Assembly (NCBI GenBank): GCA_016699935.1
Contig: CP064992.1
Coordinates: forward strand, 1,140,001-1,172,000
DNA from: Candidatus Saccharimonadota bacterium
GTDB taxonomy: Bacteria > Patescibacteriota > Saccharimonadia > Saccharimonadales > UBA4665
Reading direction: 5' to 3'
Length of the DNA stretch: 32,000 nt
In this document: positions 1 through 8,689 of the stretch, in pieces
Layout of the letters: each line of letters starts with the position of its first letter
Numbering within the stretch: the first letter of the stretch is position 1
Notes under the pieces: generated by a model
What the model saw: the letters and a program-made list of their open reading frames with translations, nothing else
The model's database searches: none
What the model was told of the DNA's origin: nothing
Translations under genes and position numbers: made by a program

Positions 1-587
1 AAGGTATCCTCTAGACCTACCATCTTCCAAATCGCTGCGGAAGACAGCAATTTTGCATCATCAGCTTCCCGTAGAGACCGGACGTCAACACGGGTATCCG
101 GACTATATCGTTCCGACTCTGTTTGTCTTCCGATGATGCCTCTGGATCTCGCGTGCAACAAGCCTCCTACGAGATTTAATCCGACTTCTTGCTCAATGGT
201 GCAGGTACAAGGTGGTTCAGTAGCTCTGTTTACCCTTGAAAATCTATTAAAAATATCACTACCACCCACAACCATTGTTGCAATAACTGGACGACGAGCT
301 CTTTGTGTAAATAGTGCTCGGCTCCCAATATTGCGTTCGGAAATAAGCATACACCCAACTACATCAGAGTCCTTAGGACTTATCTGAGCATTCACCGTAC
401 GCTCCAGGCTGGCCACAATCGCACGACTAGTGGGGAACAATTTTGTTCTTTGTGCAATATCAGCAGCGCCTAGCTGCCCCAAAGCCTCAAGTCCAGTCTC
501 AGCAGGCTGCCAACTAATCCGCAAATCGTAATATGCAGTATCGGTACTGGCATATTCCGCTAAAGTACGATCGAGAGGTCTTCGCAT
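1..587 (-). CDS. hypothetical protein, 3-prime end cut by window edge
   Basis: Manual minus-strand translation from ATG at 587-585 (MRRPLDRTLAEYASTDTAYYDLRISWQPAETGLEALGQ...) stays open for about 195 codons to position 1. It is absent from the ORF track because there is no stop in the window. No family recognised. The + ORF 133..387 lies antisense inside it. Confidence 0.45.
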   Translation of the reverse strand, partial: MRRPLDRTLAEYASTDTAYYDLRISWQPAETGLEALGQLGAADIAQRTKLFPTSRAIVASLERTVNAQISPKDSDVVGCMLISERNIGSRALFTQRARRPVIATMVVGGSDIFNRFSRVNRATEPPCTCTIEQEVGLNLVGGLLHARSRGIIGRQTESERYSPDTRVDVRSLREADDAKLLSSAAIWKMVGLEDT

Positions 588-627
588 ATTGTTATTATAC
601 AATGTTTTTGAACAATAATCTATAGTA

Positions 628-1227
628 CTATTTGAGTGTTGTTTTCGTATTAACCAGCACTTTGTCGACGAGGCCGTAGGTGGCGGCTTCGGGGGCGGTC
701 ATCCAGCGGTCGCGTTCCATGTCTTCGTGGATTTTATCTGATTTCTGACCGGTGTTTTTAGCCATGATTTCTTCTAGCAGTTTCTTGACGCGGAGTGATT
801 CACGGAGGTCGATTTCTTGGTCGGTCACTTTGCCACGCGTGCCAGATGACGGTTGGTGGATCATCACCGTTGCATTGGGCAACAGAAAACGCTTGCCCTT
901 CGTGCCACTGCTTAGGAGAAATGCGGCGGCCGAAGCCTGAACGCCAATACCAAAAGTCTGCACATCATTGGCGATGTACTGCATGGTGTCGTAAATAGCG
1001 AGCGCATCATAGACACTACCCCCTGGACTATTTATGTAGAGAAAAATGTCCTTCTTAGCGTCTTCGGCTTGCAAAAAAAGCAGCTGCGCGACAATGAGAT
1101 TTGCCGTCGTTTCGTTTATTTCGCTGCCGATGAAGATAATTCGGTCTTTGAGCAAGCGACTATAAATATCATAAGCTCGCTCGTAGCGGCCCTCGTTTTC
1201 AATAACAGTAGGAACTAAGACACTCAT
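628..1227 (-). CDS. clpP: ATP-dependent Clp protease proteolytic subunit
   Basis: 199 aa. Aligns by eye with E. coli ClpP through the catalytic Ser region ([34 protein letters not shown], with Ser and His), INSPGGSV, and the Asp region [17 protein letters not shown] Shine-Dalgarno lies upstream of the ATG. Confidence 0.95.
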   Translation of the reverse strand: MSVLVPTVIENEGRYERAYDIYSRLLKDRIIFIGSEINETTANLIVAQLLFLQAEDAKKDIFLYINSPGGSVYDALAIYDTMQYIANDVQTFGIGVQASAAAFLLSSGTKGKRFLLPNATVMIHQPSSGTRGKVTDQEIDLRESLRVKKLLEEIMAKNTGQKSDKIHEDMERDRWMTAPEAATYGLVDKVLVNTKTTLK

Positions 1228-1291
1228 ATTTCACCTCATTTCACCTTGCGACCCCTAAATGATTTCACCTGGGATTAATCGCTACCTGCTC

Positions 1292-1321
1292 AGTATACGC
1301 CAGTTAGCACTCTCAAGTCAA
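1292..1321 (-). promoter_or_regulatory. putative sigma70-type clpP promoter (TTGACT-18-TATACT)
   Basis: Minus strand reads cTTGACTtgagagtgctaactggcgTATACT: -35 at 1321-1316, -10 at 1297-1292. A roughly 60-nt leader with a GAGGTG SD follows before the clpP ATG at 1227. Confidence 0.45.
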
Positions 1322-1330
1322 GAGTGCCAA
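1304..1330. promoter_or_regulatory. CIRCE-like inverted repeat (HrcA operator)
   Basis: TTAGCACTC-tcaagtcaa-GAGTGCCAA matches the CIRCE consensus TTAGCACTC-N9-GAGTGCTAA at 17 of 18 arm positions. It overlaps the -35 box of the putative clpP promoter. Confidence 0.7.
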
Positions 1331-1374
1331 TGTGCTGTCTTGCGAACTTCTTGGCATATGATACGCTTAATACT

Positions 1375-2061
1375 ATGCAACGATTAGTCGGCTATCATCT
1401 GAAAGTCCATCATAAGCCGCGACTCTATGGTTTTATTACCATTGTCATTGCCGTGATTATACTGGCAGGGTATGGGAGCACTCGCTACTACCAGTCACGG
1501 CTTACGAATGATTCCCCGACCATACCTGCTGCGTCAAAGAAACTTGCAGTTTCTGAAGATAGTGTCAAAGAAACAGCTTTACCTGCTTCAGAAGTTCCCG
1601 AATCAATACCCTCCCCGTCATCAACAACCGCAAGAAATCCTCAAACTACCCCACGGCCAGCAAGTTCAGCACCTATTCGCACTCCCGATACCATCCTGGC
1701 TAGCGGCATAAGCTATGCAACTCTCAATCATTCTCAATATTGTGATGGTACCGGAACCGGCACAGTCGAGTATATTACCTCAGTGTCGTTTGGCCTAAAC
1801 GGCATGGCGGCACAATCAACTGAATTAACATATATCATCGAAACCCAAAACGGTACTCACAACGAAATTTCATACCCATTGAAGGTGACCGTCCCTTCGG
1901 GAAGCTACGGTGCGACCGCTACCTCGAGTATGCCCGGGCCAAATGCTCTGTTAGTATTCACATTTTACGAATTTGACAAGCCCGGCGCGATACGGGTTCG
2001 AACGACGACACCATTTGGTTACATTGGATCTTGGCAGCCATTAAACAAAGCGTGCGGTTGA
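1375..2061 (+). CDS. hypothetical membrane-anchored or secreted protein
   Basis: ORF 1324..2061. I prefer the ATG at 1375 (MQRLVGYHLKVHHKPRLYGFITIVIAVIILAGYG...). It has one N-terminal hydrophobic helix, then a Pro/Ser/Thr-rich linker (PSPSSTTARNPQTTPRPASSAPIRTP) and a C-terminal domain of unknown family. Confidence 0.55.
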   Translation: MQRLVGYHLKVHHKPRLYGFITIVIAVIILAGYGSTRYYQSRLTNDSPTIPAASKKLAVSEDSVKETALPASEVPESIPSPSSTTARNPQTTPRPASSAPIRTPDTILASGISYATLNHSQYCDGTGTGTVEYITSVSFGLNGMAAQSTELTYIIETQNGTHNEISYPLKVTVPSGSYGATATSSMPGPNALLVFTFYEFDKPGAIRVRTTTPFGYIGSWQPLNKACG

Positions 2062-2090
2062 TAGCCGAAACGTGAGAAGATTCTGCCCCG

Positions 2091-3369
2091 TTAAGCGGCG
2101 TAGCTGACAAGAACGGCGATGGTTTTTCGGTGAGCATGCGGCTTAAGATGTCTCGTTGGTTCTCGGGCTTTTCGAGTTCAGATAGCATCTGCTGGTCGGT
2201 GTATTGCTTTTGAGCTCAGCCAAACGAGTATCAAACTCTTCCTGCGAAATACGCAAACTTTCTTTATCTGCTACTTCACCCAGTGCGATACCAGTTTTTA
2301 CCCGCAAAGTAGCTTGTTCACGGTGACCTTCACGGTGCTCTTCTTCGGTTTTACCCTCACCCGCTAGGTGTTCCTGCCACGTTTGGCCGCGGTACATAAG
2401 GTTACGTTTTTCTTCCTCGTCCATCCGGTCGATCTCTTGCTCTACAAGCACATCAGGAATCGCCACTTGAACCTTTTGGCCCAGCTGCTCAAGCAAACTA
2501 CTCTCAAGCTGCCGCTGCGCTTGCCGATCTTTCTCGAGTCCAATCTGTTTACGAACATCCTGCCGAAGCTCTGCTGGCGTTTTGAATGGTCCGATTTTGG
2601 CAACAAAGTCGCCGTCTAGCTTCGGCAGCTTTCGCTCCTTCACCGCCTTAACTGTCACCGTGAATTCAACTTTCTTGTTTTGCAACGGAACGGTACCGTA
2701 ATCTTTCGGGAATGTGACGGTAAATGTCTTGCTATCTCCCTCGCTGAGTCCGATGAGCTCAGGCTCAAACCCTGGTATGAATGTATTGCTGCCGATCACC
2801 AAAGGAAAGTCCTCTCCCTTAGCGCCGTCGATCGCCTCTTTTGATTTCGCATCGATACCGGCAAAGTCTATTGTTACCTCATCGCCATTGGCCGCTGCTC
2901 GCTTGACGTCAGTCTTCACCGCGTCACGCGCTAGCAAATCATCAATCACCGCTTCTACGTCCGTATCAGTCACTGTTGCAACTGGTTTTGCAACCTTAAA
3001 CTTCTTATAGTCGGGAAGTTTGACTTCGCCGACCACTGCAACCATGGCGGTCATCTCCAGTGTGGTGAATGGCACAAATTTGGTGAGACTCACCTCTGGC
3101 TGGGCAACTGGGCGGAGTTTTTCCTGTTCTAGCCCGGCGGAGTAGAGGTCGTTAACGACATAGTCGATAACCTTGTTCTGCAAAAGCTGCTGGTCAACGA
3201 CTTTTTCGACCATGGCGGCTGGTGCGTGACCTTTGCGGAATCCGGCAAGCTTGAGTTCTTTGGCCAGCTCAGTCAGGACGGCTTGCTTGGCAGGATCTAG
3301 CTCATCGCTCCCAGCAGTAATTGTTAGTTGTACAGTAGTAGGGTTGAGTTGTTTCTTGGTTATATGCAT
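2091..3369 (-). CDS. tig: trigger factor; two frame breaks near the 3-prime end
   Basis: N-terminus MHITKKQLNPTTVQLTI...LAGFRKGHAP carries the trigger-factor GFRxGxxP signature, followed by a PPIase-like middle and a C-terminal arm. The frame is lost at the T4 run 2208-2211 and at the T5 run 2123-2127. Restoring one base at each gives ...ELKKQYTDQQMLSELEKPENQRDILSRMLTEKTIAVLVSYAA-stop, with the stop at 2091-2093. Confidence 0.9.
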
Positions 3370-3410
3370 AGTTACCTACTTTAACAGATACAGCCTAACA
3401 ATACCAGCCG

Positions 3411-3872
3411 CTAAATCTTGGTGGCCAAAATAGTGAGTACCCCGAAAAACCAGGCAACTTCCACGGCAGCACCCCAAACGCTCTCGTGCTGGATGGCTTG
3501 ATGAAACCGGCGAAAAGCGTTCCATTTGACCTCATTTTTTGTGAGTTTATTGTAGTACAAAAATCTCGGTAAAGAGTACAAATCTGGTGATGCAGCTACA
3601 AAAGCGCAGACAGCAGCCAAAAACCAGGCGTGTGGTTTTGCCAAAAATAGCAATAGCACAATCGCAAAACAACATAGTGCTTCGACAGCTAGCATTACTC
3701 GAAGCCTTTTATCGGGTAGCCATTCGGCATCTGTTTTTCTACCTTTAAATCCAAAGTGCGGGATGGCATCGAGTACAAAATGCGAAACAAACGCCGTCGG
3801 CAGCGCAAGCCATGGGTTGCCAAGGCTGAGGCCGATACATGCACCAGTTAGCGCATGATTGGTTGCGGTCAT
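3411..3872 (-). CDS. small polytopic membrane protein, YdjM/DUF457-like metal-dependent hydrolase family (tentative)
   Basis: 153 aa with several hydrophobic segments. N-terminal [14 protein letters not shown] and HFVLDAIPH resemble the His-containing motifs of DUF457 proteins. Its start overlaps the hisS stop by 4 nt (3869-3872). Confidence 0.55.
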   Translation of the reverse strand: MTATNHALTGACIGLSLGNPWLALPTAFVSHFVLDAIPHFGFKGRKTDAEWLPDKRLRVMLAVEALCCFAIVLLLFLAKPHAWFLAAVCAFVAASPDLYSLPRFLYYNKLTKNEVKWNAFRRFHQAIQHESVWGAAVEVAWFFGVLTILATKI

Positions 3873-5231
3873 TGGTCAAAGTTGTCAACTGAGTCGTCTT
3901 GCTGAAGCTTGCTTGGAATGGCATGCTTCCTGCGACGATCGCAGAGCATTGCGACTATTCGTTCACTGCCGTGCGTTTCCTCAACACCAGTCTCAAGATT
4001 CTTGAGCTTATATCGGTCGTCCGATATTTCTGCGTCACCTATGAAGATAGCGTGGTCAATTCCCTTTTTTACCGCCGTTTTAATTTGTTTTTCTAGTTTA
4101 CGACCAGTCGTGTCAACCGCTATCCGTAAGCCATCTTCGCGAAAGCGTGCCAATACTCCCTGAGCTTTTTCGTACATATCGTCGCCCAGCAGTATGACGT
4201 AGGCATCGGTCTCGGGCGCAAGCTGCGGATAAGCTCATGACCATCTAGGAAATTCTGGAGCGTAACGTCGCCCATACCAAACCCAACCGTCGGAACAGGT
4301 TCGACGCCAAACAAGCCGACCAAACCATCGTAGCGACCGCCACCAAACATACTGCGGTTGTTTTCTGGATGTTCATCGAACACCTCAAACACAATGTCGG
4401 TGTAGTAGTCGAACCCCGCATGAGCGTAATATCAAACTTTACGTTCGTCACTTTCGATTCCGCGAGCAAGTCACTCAACTGTTTTAGCTCAAGCACTGAC
4501 GGCAACACTTCAAAGCCTGCTGGTAAATCATTCAGCATTTTTGTTTTCATCAGCTCTGTTAATTTCTTGAGTACACCGTTTTCTCGTTGGGTCGGCGTGA
4601 GGACAGCATCGGCTTGAGCGTAGAAACTTTCTTCTTCCATTTTGTGCATGCGGTCTATGAGCCGAACAAACATCTCCTGCTGCGTATCGCTGAGCTCGAG
4701 ATAGTCACGAAACAGATAGTTCATGAGCTTGCGGCTATTGACCTTAATTGTGTACATGTGGGTTTTCGCACCATAGCTGCGCATTATTCGGTCAGCCACC
4801 AGGATAATCTCGTGTTCTGCCTCTATACCTTCAACCCCAAATATATCGACATTGAGCTGCCAAAATTCTCGTAGCCGCCCGCGCTGCATCCGCTCGTACC
4901 GCCAAACGTTCGGTATGGAATACCACCTGGCTGGATAGGCAAGCTCTTGGCGACGGCCAGCCACCATCCGGCTAACCGTCGGCGTCATCTCGGTGCGTAT
5001 GGTAACACTCCGACCGCCTCTATCCTGAAATGTGTAGGTTTGCTCGTCGATGATTTCTTGGTTTCCTTTGGCTAAAAACAAGTCCGTCGGCTCGAGTATT
5101 GGTGCGTCGTATTCTTCGTAGCCAAAGCTTTCACAAACTTCACGCATTTTGCCGAACATGTATTTTTGCAGGCGCTTGTCTTCTGGGTAAAAATCCCGCG
5201 CCCCTTTGTAAGGTTGTACTGGTAGTGTCAT
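3869..5231 (-). CDS. hisS: histidine--tRNA ligase; two frame breaks
   Basis: Three ORF fragments (4245..5231, 4120..4392, 3869..4177) join into one class II HisRS: [55 protein letters not shown], then [23 protein letters not shown], then the anticodon-binding domain. Breaks lie near 4412 and near 4227. Fragment frames step 2, 0, 1, as expected for two 1-nt deletions. Confidence 0.9.
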
Positions 5232-5247
5232 ATTGTCTCCATTATAC

Positions 5248-5302
5248 AGAGTTAAGAGTTAAGAGTTAAGAGTTAAGAGTTAAGAGTTAAGAGTTAAGAG
5301 TT
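5248..5302. repeat. perfect 7-bp tandem repeat (GTTAAGA) of about 7.5 copies, between the upstream gene stop and the hisS start
   Basis: Read directly: agaGTTAAGAGTTAAGAGTTAAGAGTTAAGAGTTAAGAGTTAAGAGTTAAGAgtt. On the coding (minus) strand this is (AACTCTT)n ending immediately 5-prime of TATAAT-ggagacaat-ATG of hisS. Confidence 0.95.
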
Positions 5303-5304
5303 TC

Positions 5305-6048
5305 TTAGTTTATACCTAACTCCTCATATACAACCTCGTTAACCCTCGCAGCTAATCTGAAAGTGTTTGTTCCCAGTTTGCGGCGGATAGTAATAGCCTT
5401 CCCCGTGGGCTGAAAGATATCGCAATCAACCCCTGCGCTTCCTGCATCAGAAACGATGTAAGCCGCTAGGCTACCAGAACCGCACGCAGTCTCTCTCACA
5501 AACGAAGAAGTATCTCTAACAAAGACAAAAGGAACAATGCCTTTTGGTGAAGTCCATACAAGTCCGAAAGCAGGAAGGTTATATTGTTTGGCCATTCTTT
5601 CTAATGTTGGTTGAAGTTGAGTCTCTACGGGTCTGTTCTTTGTAACCACAAATCCAATTTGGCCAAGACTAACAATCATATCTTCTGGATCCAGTAGATT
5701 TGTGTCAATAACACTAGGAATATCAAGTTCAATATTTACCTGTCCTTTCATGCAGCGATATTCAACTATAGTTCCAAGCCCCGCGATAATCTTACCGGCT
5801 GGATTCCCGTACTATACGCCGCAGCCAATAATGCATTGAGGCACAGTTCGGCTCCCATCATTTCTAGAGTTGGCACTCCCGACGCTACGGTCTGAACAAA
5901 CCCAACCTGCTCGACTGCATTTCGATATAATAATTGTCTAGCATAATTTGCCTTATCGAGCGTGAAGACAGTCCGTTACTATCGCCGTTCTATTACCGCC
6001 TGCAATATCATAATAGCGGACACTACTCGCATTATTTACTTCACTCAT
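5305..6048 (-). CDS. DapF-fold two-cysteine epimerase/racemase-like protein; at least two frame breaks
   Basis: The C-terminal half (ORF 5305..5751) contains VRETACGSGSLAAY, like the second catalytic Cys motif of diaminopimelate epimerase-type enzymes. Upstream fragments translate to MSEVNNASSVRYYDIAGGNRTAIVTD... and ...EMMGAELCLNALLAAAY (first Cys motif). Start is the ATG at 6048 with a GGAG SD. Breaks lie near 5970-5985 and 5793-5803. Confidence 0.55.
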
Positions 6049-6140
6049 GTTTTTTACTCCTTATTGTTTCACTCATTGTAGATTGTCCGGTTGGACAATC
6101 TATTTTTGGTGCGATAATTATTCTAAATGTTTGCATATAC

Positions 6141-6168
6141 AAAAACGCCGGAGGGATGTCCGGCGTTA
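6141..6168 (-). terminator. rho-independent terminator downstream of the SPFH gene
   Basis: Minus strand reads aacgCCGGAcatcccTCCGGcgtttttgtat: a GC-rich stem (6146-6152 / 6159-6165) followed by a U-run (A5 at 6141-6145 on the + strand). Confidence 0.6.
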
Positions 6169-6285
6169 TTGATTCTGGGTTCTTAAACCAAATTAAACTA
6201 ACCGACAACCTCCGGCGATGTATGCAGATGATGCTGAGTGCTTAGTTTAAACATGATGGTTATTGTACCCTATTTTTGCTGTGAG

Positions 6286-7192
6286 TCAAACTTTTGAGTC
6301 TTTTTGGGTTTTATTTACCTGTTCGGCGGTGATCATGGCGTTACGGATCTGGTCTTGCATGTCTGTCATGCCGCCTGGGCCGTGGGGATGAGGATGGTGC
6401 TGTTTTACCACTGAGACCCAGTTCTTTGATGGTGTCGAAGTACTGTGTCATCATGACCAGATTCATAACGTCTTGACTATTGACACCATTAACGGCGCTA
6501 GAAAAGTTTTCGACTGATTCTTTGAGGCCTTCTATGATGGCTTTTCGCTGATTGGCGATACCCTGGCCTTGGAGTGCTTTGCTTTCGGCTTCACCTTCGG
6601 CAGCCTTGACGACACGTATTTTATCAGCCTCTGCTTGTTGAATGGCTGCTTCGCGCAAGCGCTGAGCGGCATTGATCTCATTCATGCTGATTTTGACTTT
6701 TTCGTCAGGGTTTATGTCTGTCACAAGCGCCTTGATGATGCCGTAGCCAAAGTCATCCATCACAGTGTCGAGCTCGGCTTTCACCGCCGTCGCGATATCG
6801 TCTTTCATTTCAAACAATTGGTCAAGTATCACAGCAGGTACGCGGGCACGGACAGTGTCAAAAACATAGGCTGTAATCTGTTCCTGCGGGTTTTGTAGCT
6901 TGTAAAATGCATCGACTGCTTTTTCGGCCGGCACAAAATACTGCACGCTGACGATGACAAACACGAATACGTTGTCTTTGGTTTTGGTTTCTACCTGAAC
7001 GTCAAGCTGTTGCACGCGCAGGTTCACGCGGCCAGCTATCTGGTCAATGATAGGAATTTTGAAGTTCAAACCAGCTTTCGATGCTTTCTTGAACCGTCCG
7101 AAACGCTCAACAATGGCAATTGTTTGCTGTTTGACAGTAAATAGCCCGGTGGCTAGCAAAATCAACGCTACGACCGCTAATATCCAACCCAT
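6286..7192 (-). CDS. SPFH/band-7 (stomatin/prohibitin-like) membrane protein; two frame breaks near the 3-prime end
   Basis: N-terminal TM helix (GWILAVVALILLATGLF), then IVERFGRFKKASKAGLNFKIPIIDQ and a coiled AAQRLREAAIQQAEADKIRVVKAAEGEAESKALQGQG region typical of SPFH proteins. AAGGAGG SD. The tail is restored by adding one base at T4 6403-6406 and one at G4 6384-6387, giving ...NSTILIPHGPGGMTDMQDQIRNAMITAEQVNKTQKDSKV-stop at 6286-6288. Confidence 0.85.
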
Positions 7193-7251
7193 AAAACCTC
7201 CTTATGTTATAGGTACATTGTAACATTGGTAGGTTTAAAGAAACAGCTCTT

Positions 7252-7722
7252 TCAGCGTGAAGCTCGTGTCCAGCTAGCAATGATAGAAGGGAGCGATATT
7301 GCTAGTACCAGAAATACCCAGCCCGAGACTGTTTGCATGTGGCCATTTGTCGACTGCATCAAACCAAGTAGCCCAAAAAACATGAGTGCAACCATCCAGC
7401 GATATGCCCGTAAAAAAACTCGATTACGGACGGATTTTTCACGTTCATCGAGTCTGATCTCGACTGCCTTGGCCCATAATATCGAGTATTTACCGCCGTA
7501 ATACCCACCAAGGATAAGTGCGCTGGCTCCTGACACTAGCAAAGCCCAGTTTGCCGCTGTTTCGGTGTATATTTTATCGATACCACTAGGCATTCCACTC
7601 GCTTGCTGAGTTGCCGTGAGTGCTACCACGAGCCCTGCAATAATAAACAAAGATACAATTTTTGGGATAAGAAACTCACGATGCTTTTGGAATGCATCAG
7701 TTCTATTTAATTTTCGGTTCAT
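7252..7722 (-). CDS. multi-pass membrane protein, partner of the XRE regulator
   Basis: Part of ORF 7252..7818. The likely start is ATG 7722 (MNRKLNRTDAFQKHREFLIPKIVSLFIIAGLVVAL...), preceded by GGGGGAGG. About four hydrophobic segments. It overlaps the XRE gene end by 20 nt. Confidence 0.6.
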   Translation of the reverse strand: MNRKLNRTDAFQKHREFLIPKIVSLFIIAGLVVALTATQQASGMPSGIDKIYTETAANWALLVSGASALILGGYYGGKYSILWAKAVEIRLDEREKSVRNRVFLRAYRWMVALMFFGLLGLMQSTNGHMQTVSGWVFLVLAISLPSIIASWTRASR

Positions 7723-7945
7723 GTTTAACCTCCCCCAGCATTGGCTGGAATACATTAGTTGAAAATATGTCGTCGATTCGGACATGAAACACGCTTGCGA
7801 TCGCGAAGCCCAGCTCAAGGCTTGGAGAGTAATCTCCCCGCTCTATAAAGCCGATCGTCTGGTAGTTCACGCCTACTTTGTCCGCCAGTTCTTGCCGAGA
7901 CAGACCGTGCATGGTTCGGAGCGTTGCTAAACGATTGTATATCAT
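7703..7945 (-). CDS. XRE/Cro-family helix-turn-helix transcriptional regulator (about 80 aa)
   Basis: MIYNRLATLRTMHGLSRQELADKVGVNYQTIGFIERGDYSPSLELGFAIASVF is the canonical HTH_3 pattern. Start is taken at ATG 7945, because the upstream part of ORF 7703..7984 overlaps the promoter. Confidence 0.85.
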   Translation of the reverse strand: MIYNRLATLRTMHGLSRQELADKVGVNYQTIGFIERGDYSPSLELGFAIASVFHVRIDDIFSTNVFQPMLGEVKHEPKIK

Positions 7946-7955
7946 AACACAACAC

Positions 7956-7984
7956 ATTATTGCGCACCCACAACTTTTTGTCAA
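7956..7984 (-). promoter_or_regulatory. strong sigma70-type promoter (TTGACA-17-AATAAT), near-leaderless for the XRE gene
   Basis: Minus strand reads TTGACAaaaagttgtgggtgcgcAATAATgtgttgtgttATG: -35 at 7984-7979, -10 at 7961-7956. Only 10 nt separate the -10 box from the ATG, and there is no SD. Confidence 0.55.
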
Positions 7985-8202
7985 TACAAATAATGATTCT
8001 TAGGTCGCTCTGTATTTCTTTTTGTGCACTAGCAGCAATTCAGGTTGAACCTTTTGACAGTATAGGTAGTTGACTACTCAGCAGTACGGGTAGTGACCGG
8101 GCAATACAGCTCGTTGAGGCATCTAGAACTTAGTTTGTTCAGCAGTATCAGCTTTAATACATGTTTGCTTTTACTCTCGCTATAAAGAGTTTGAACCTAA
8201 AT

Positions 8203-8637
8203 CTAGTATTCAGGGTCGCCAGAATTACGTAGCTCGTCATCTAAAAGACGATGCATAATTACACCGCCTAGAACCGCTGTTAAATCTCCGTTAGTAATAG
8301 GGTCTACGATTAAAGCGTCAACTGGTCGGTCGTCAATTTCCAAAGGTCCATCTTGTTTACGAATAGCCCTAAGTACTTCTTCCGGCGTAAAGAGTTCGCG
8401 TGGTGATTTAGCAACATTGTAGCCAAGCCCTTTAGGGTCTATGTCAACTTGGTCCCATAGTGCTACAAGTGGGTAATGTCGTACGGAATCACCTTTTAAG
8501 GTGGTAGCGCTAACGCTAGCTTTCTTAACCACTAAAGGGTCTCTAGGAGAACCCGTGACTCCTTTACCTTCAACAAAATAAACTATATCGCCCACATTAA
8601 GTCGGCTTCTATATCCTTCACGTTCCTTCTCTGTCAT
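8203..8637 (-). CDS. hypothetical cytoplasmic protein
   Basis: Part of ORF 8203..8676. The TTG at 8676 is itself the -35 box of a promoter, so I start at ATG 8637 (MTEKEREGYRSRLNVGDIVYFVEGKGV...). No family recognised. Confidence 0.5.
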   Translation of the reverse strand: MTEKEREGYRSRLNVGDIVYFVEGKGVTGSPRDPLVVKKASVSATTLKGDSVRHYPLVALWDQVDIDPKGLGYNVAKSPRELFTPEEVLRAIRKQDGPLEIDDRPVDALIVDPITNGDLTAVLGGVIMHRLLDDELRNSGDPEY

Positions 8638-8646
8638 AATGCCTAT

Positions 8647-8676
8647 AATATACCACTCTTTGAATATATATGTCAA
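8647..8676 (-). promoter_or_regulatory. sigma70-type promoter (TTGACA-18-TATATT), near-leaderless
   Basis: Minus strand reads TTGACAtatatattcaaagagtggTATATTataggcattATG. Nine nt separate the -10 box from the ATG at 8637, and there is no SD. Confidence 0.5.
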
Positions 8677-8689
8677 TAGCTTCGTGCTG

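Noticed and set aside
133-387. 84-aa + ORF at the window start
   Set aside because: It lies antisense within a 195-codon open minus-strand frame that begins at ATG 587 and runs off the window.
5248-5302. CRISPR array (also considered for 26526-26560 and 30296-30375)
   Set aside because: The units are 7 bp and contiguous, with no spacers, and no cas genes are present. These are microsatellite-type tandem repeats.
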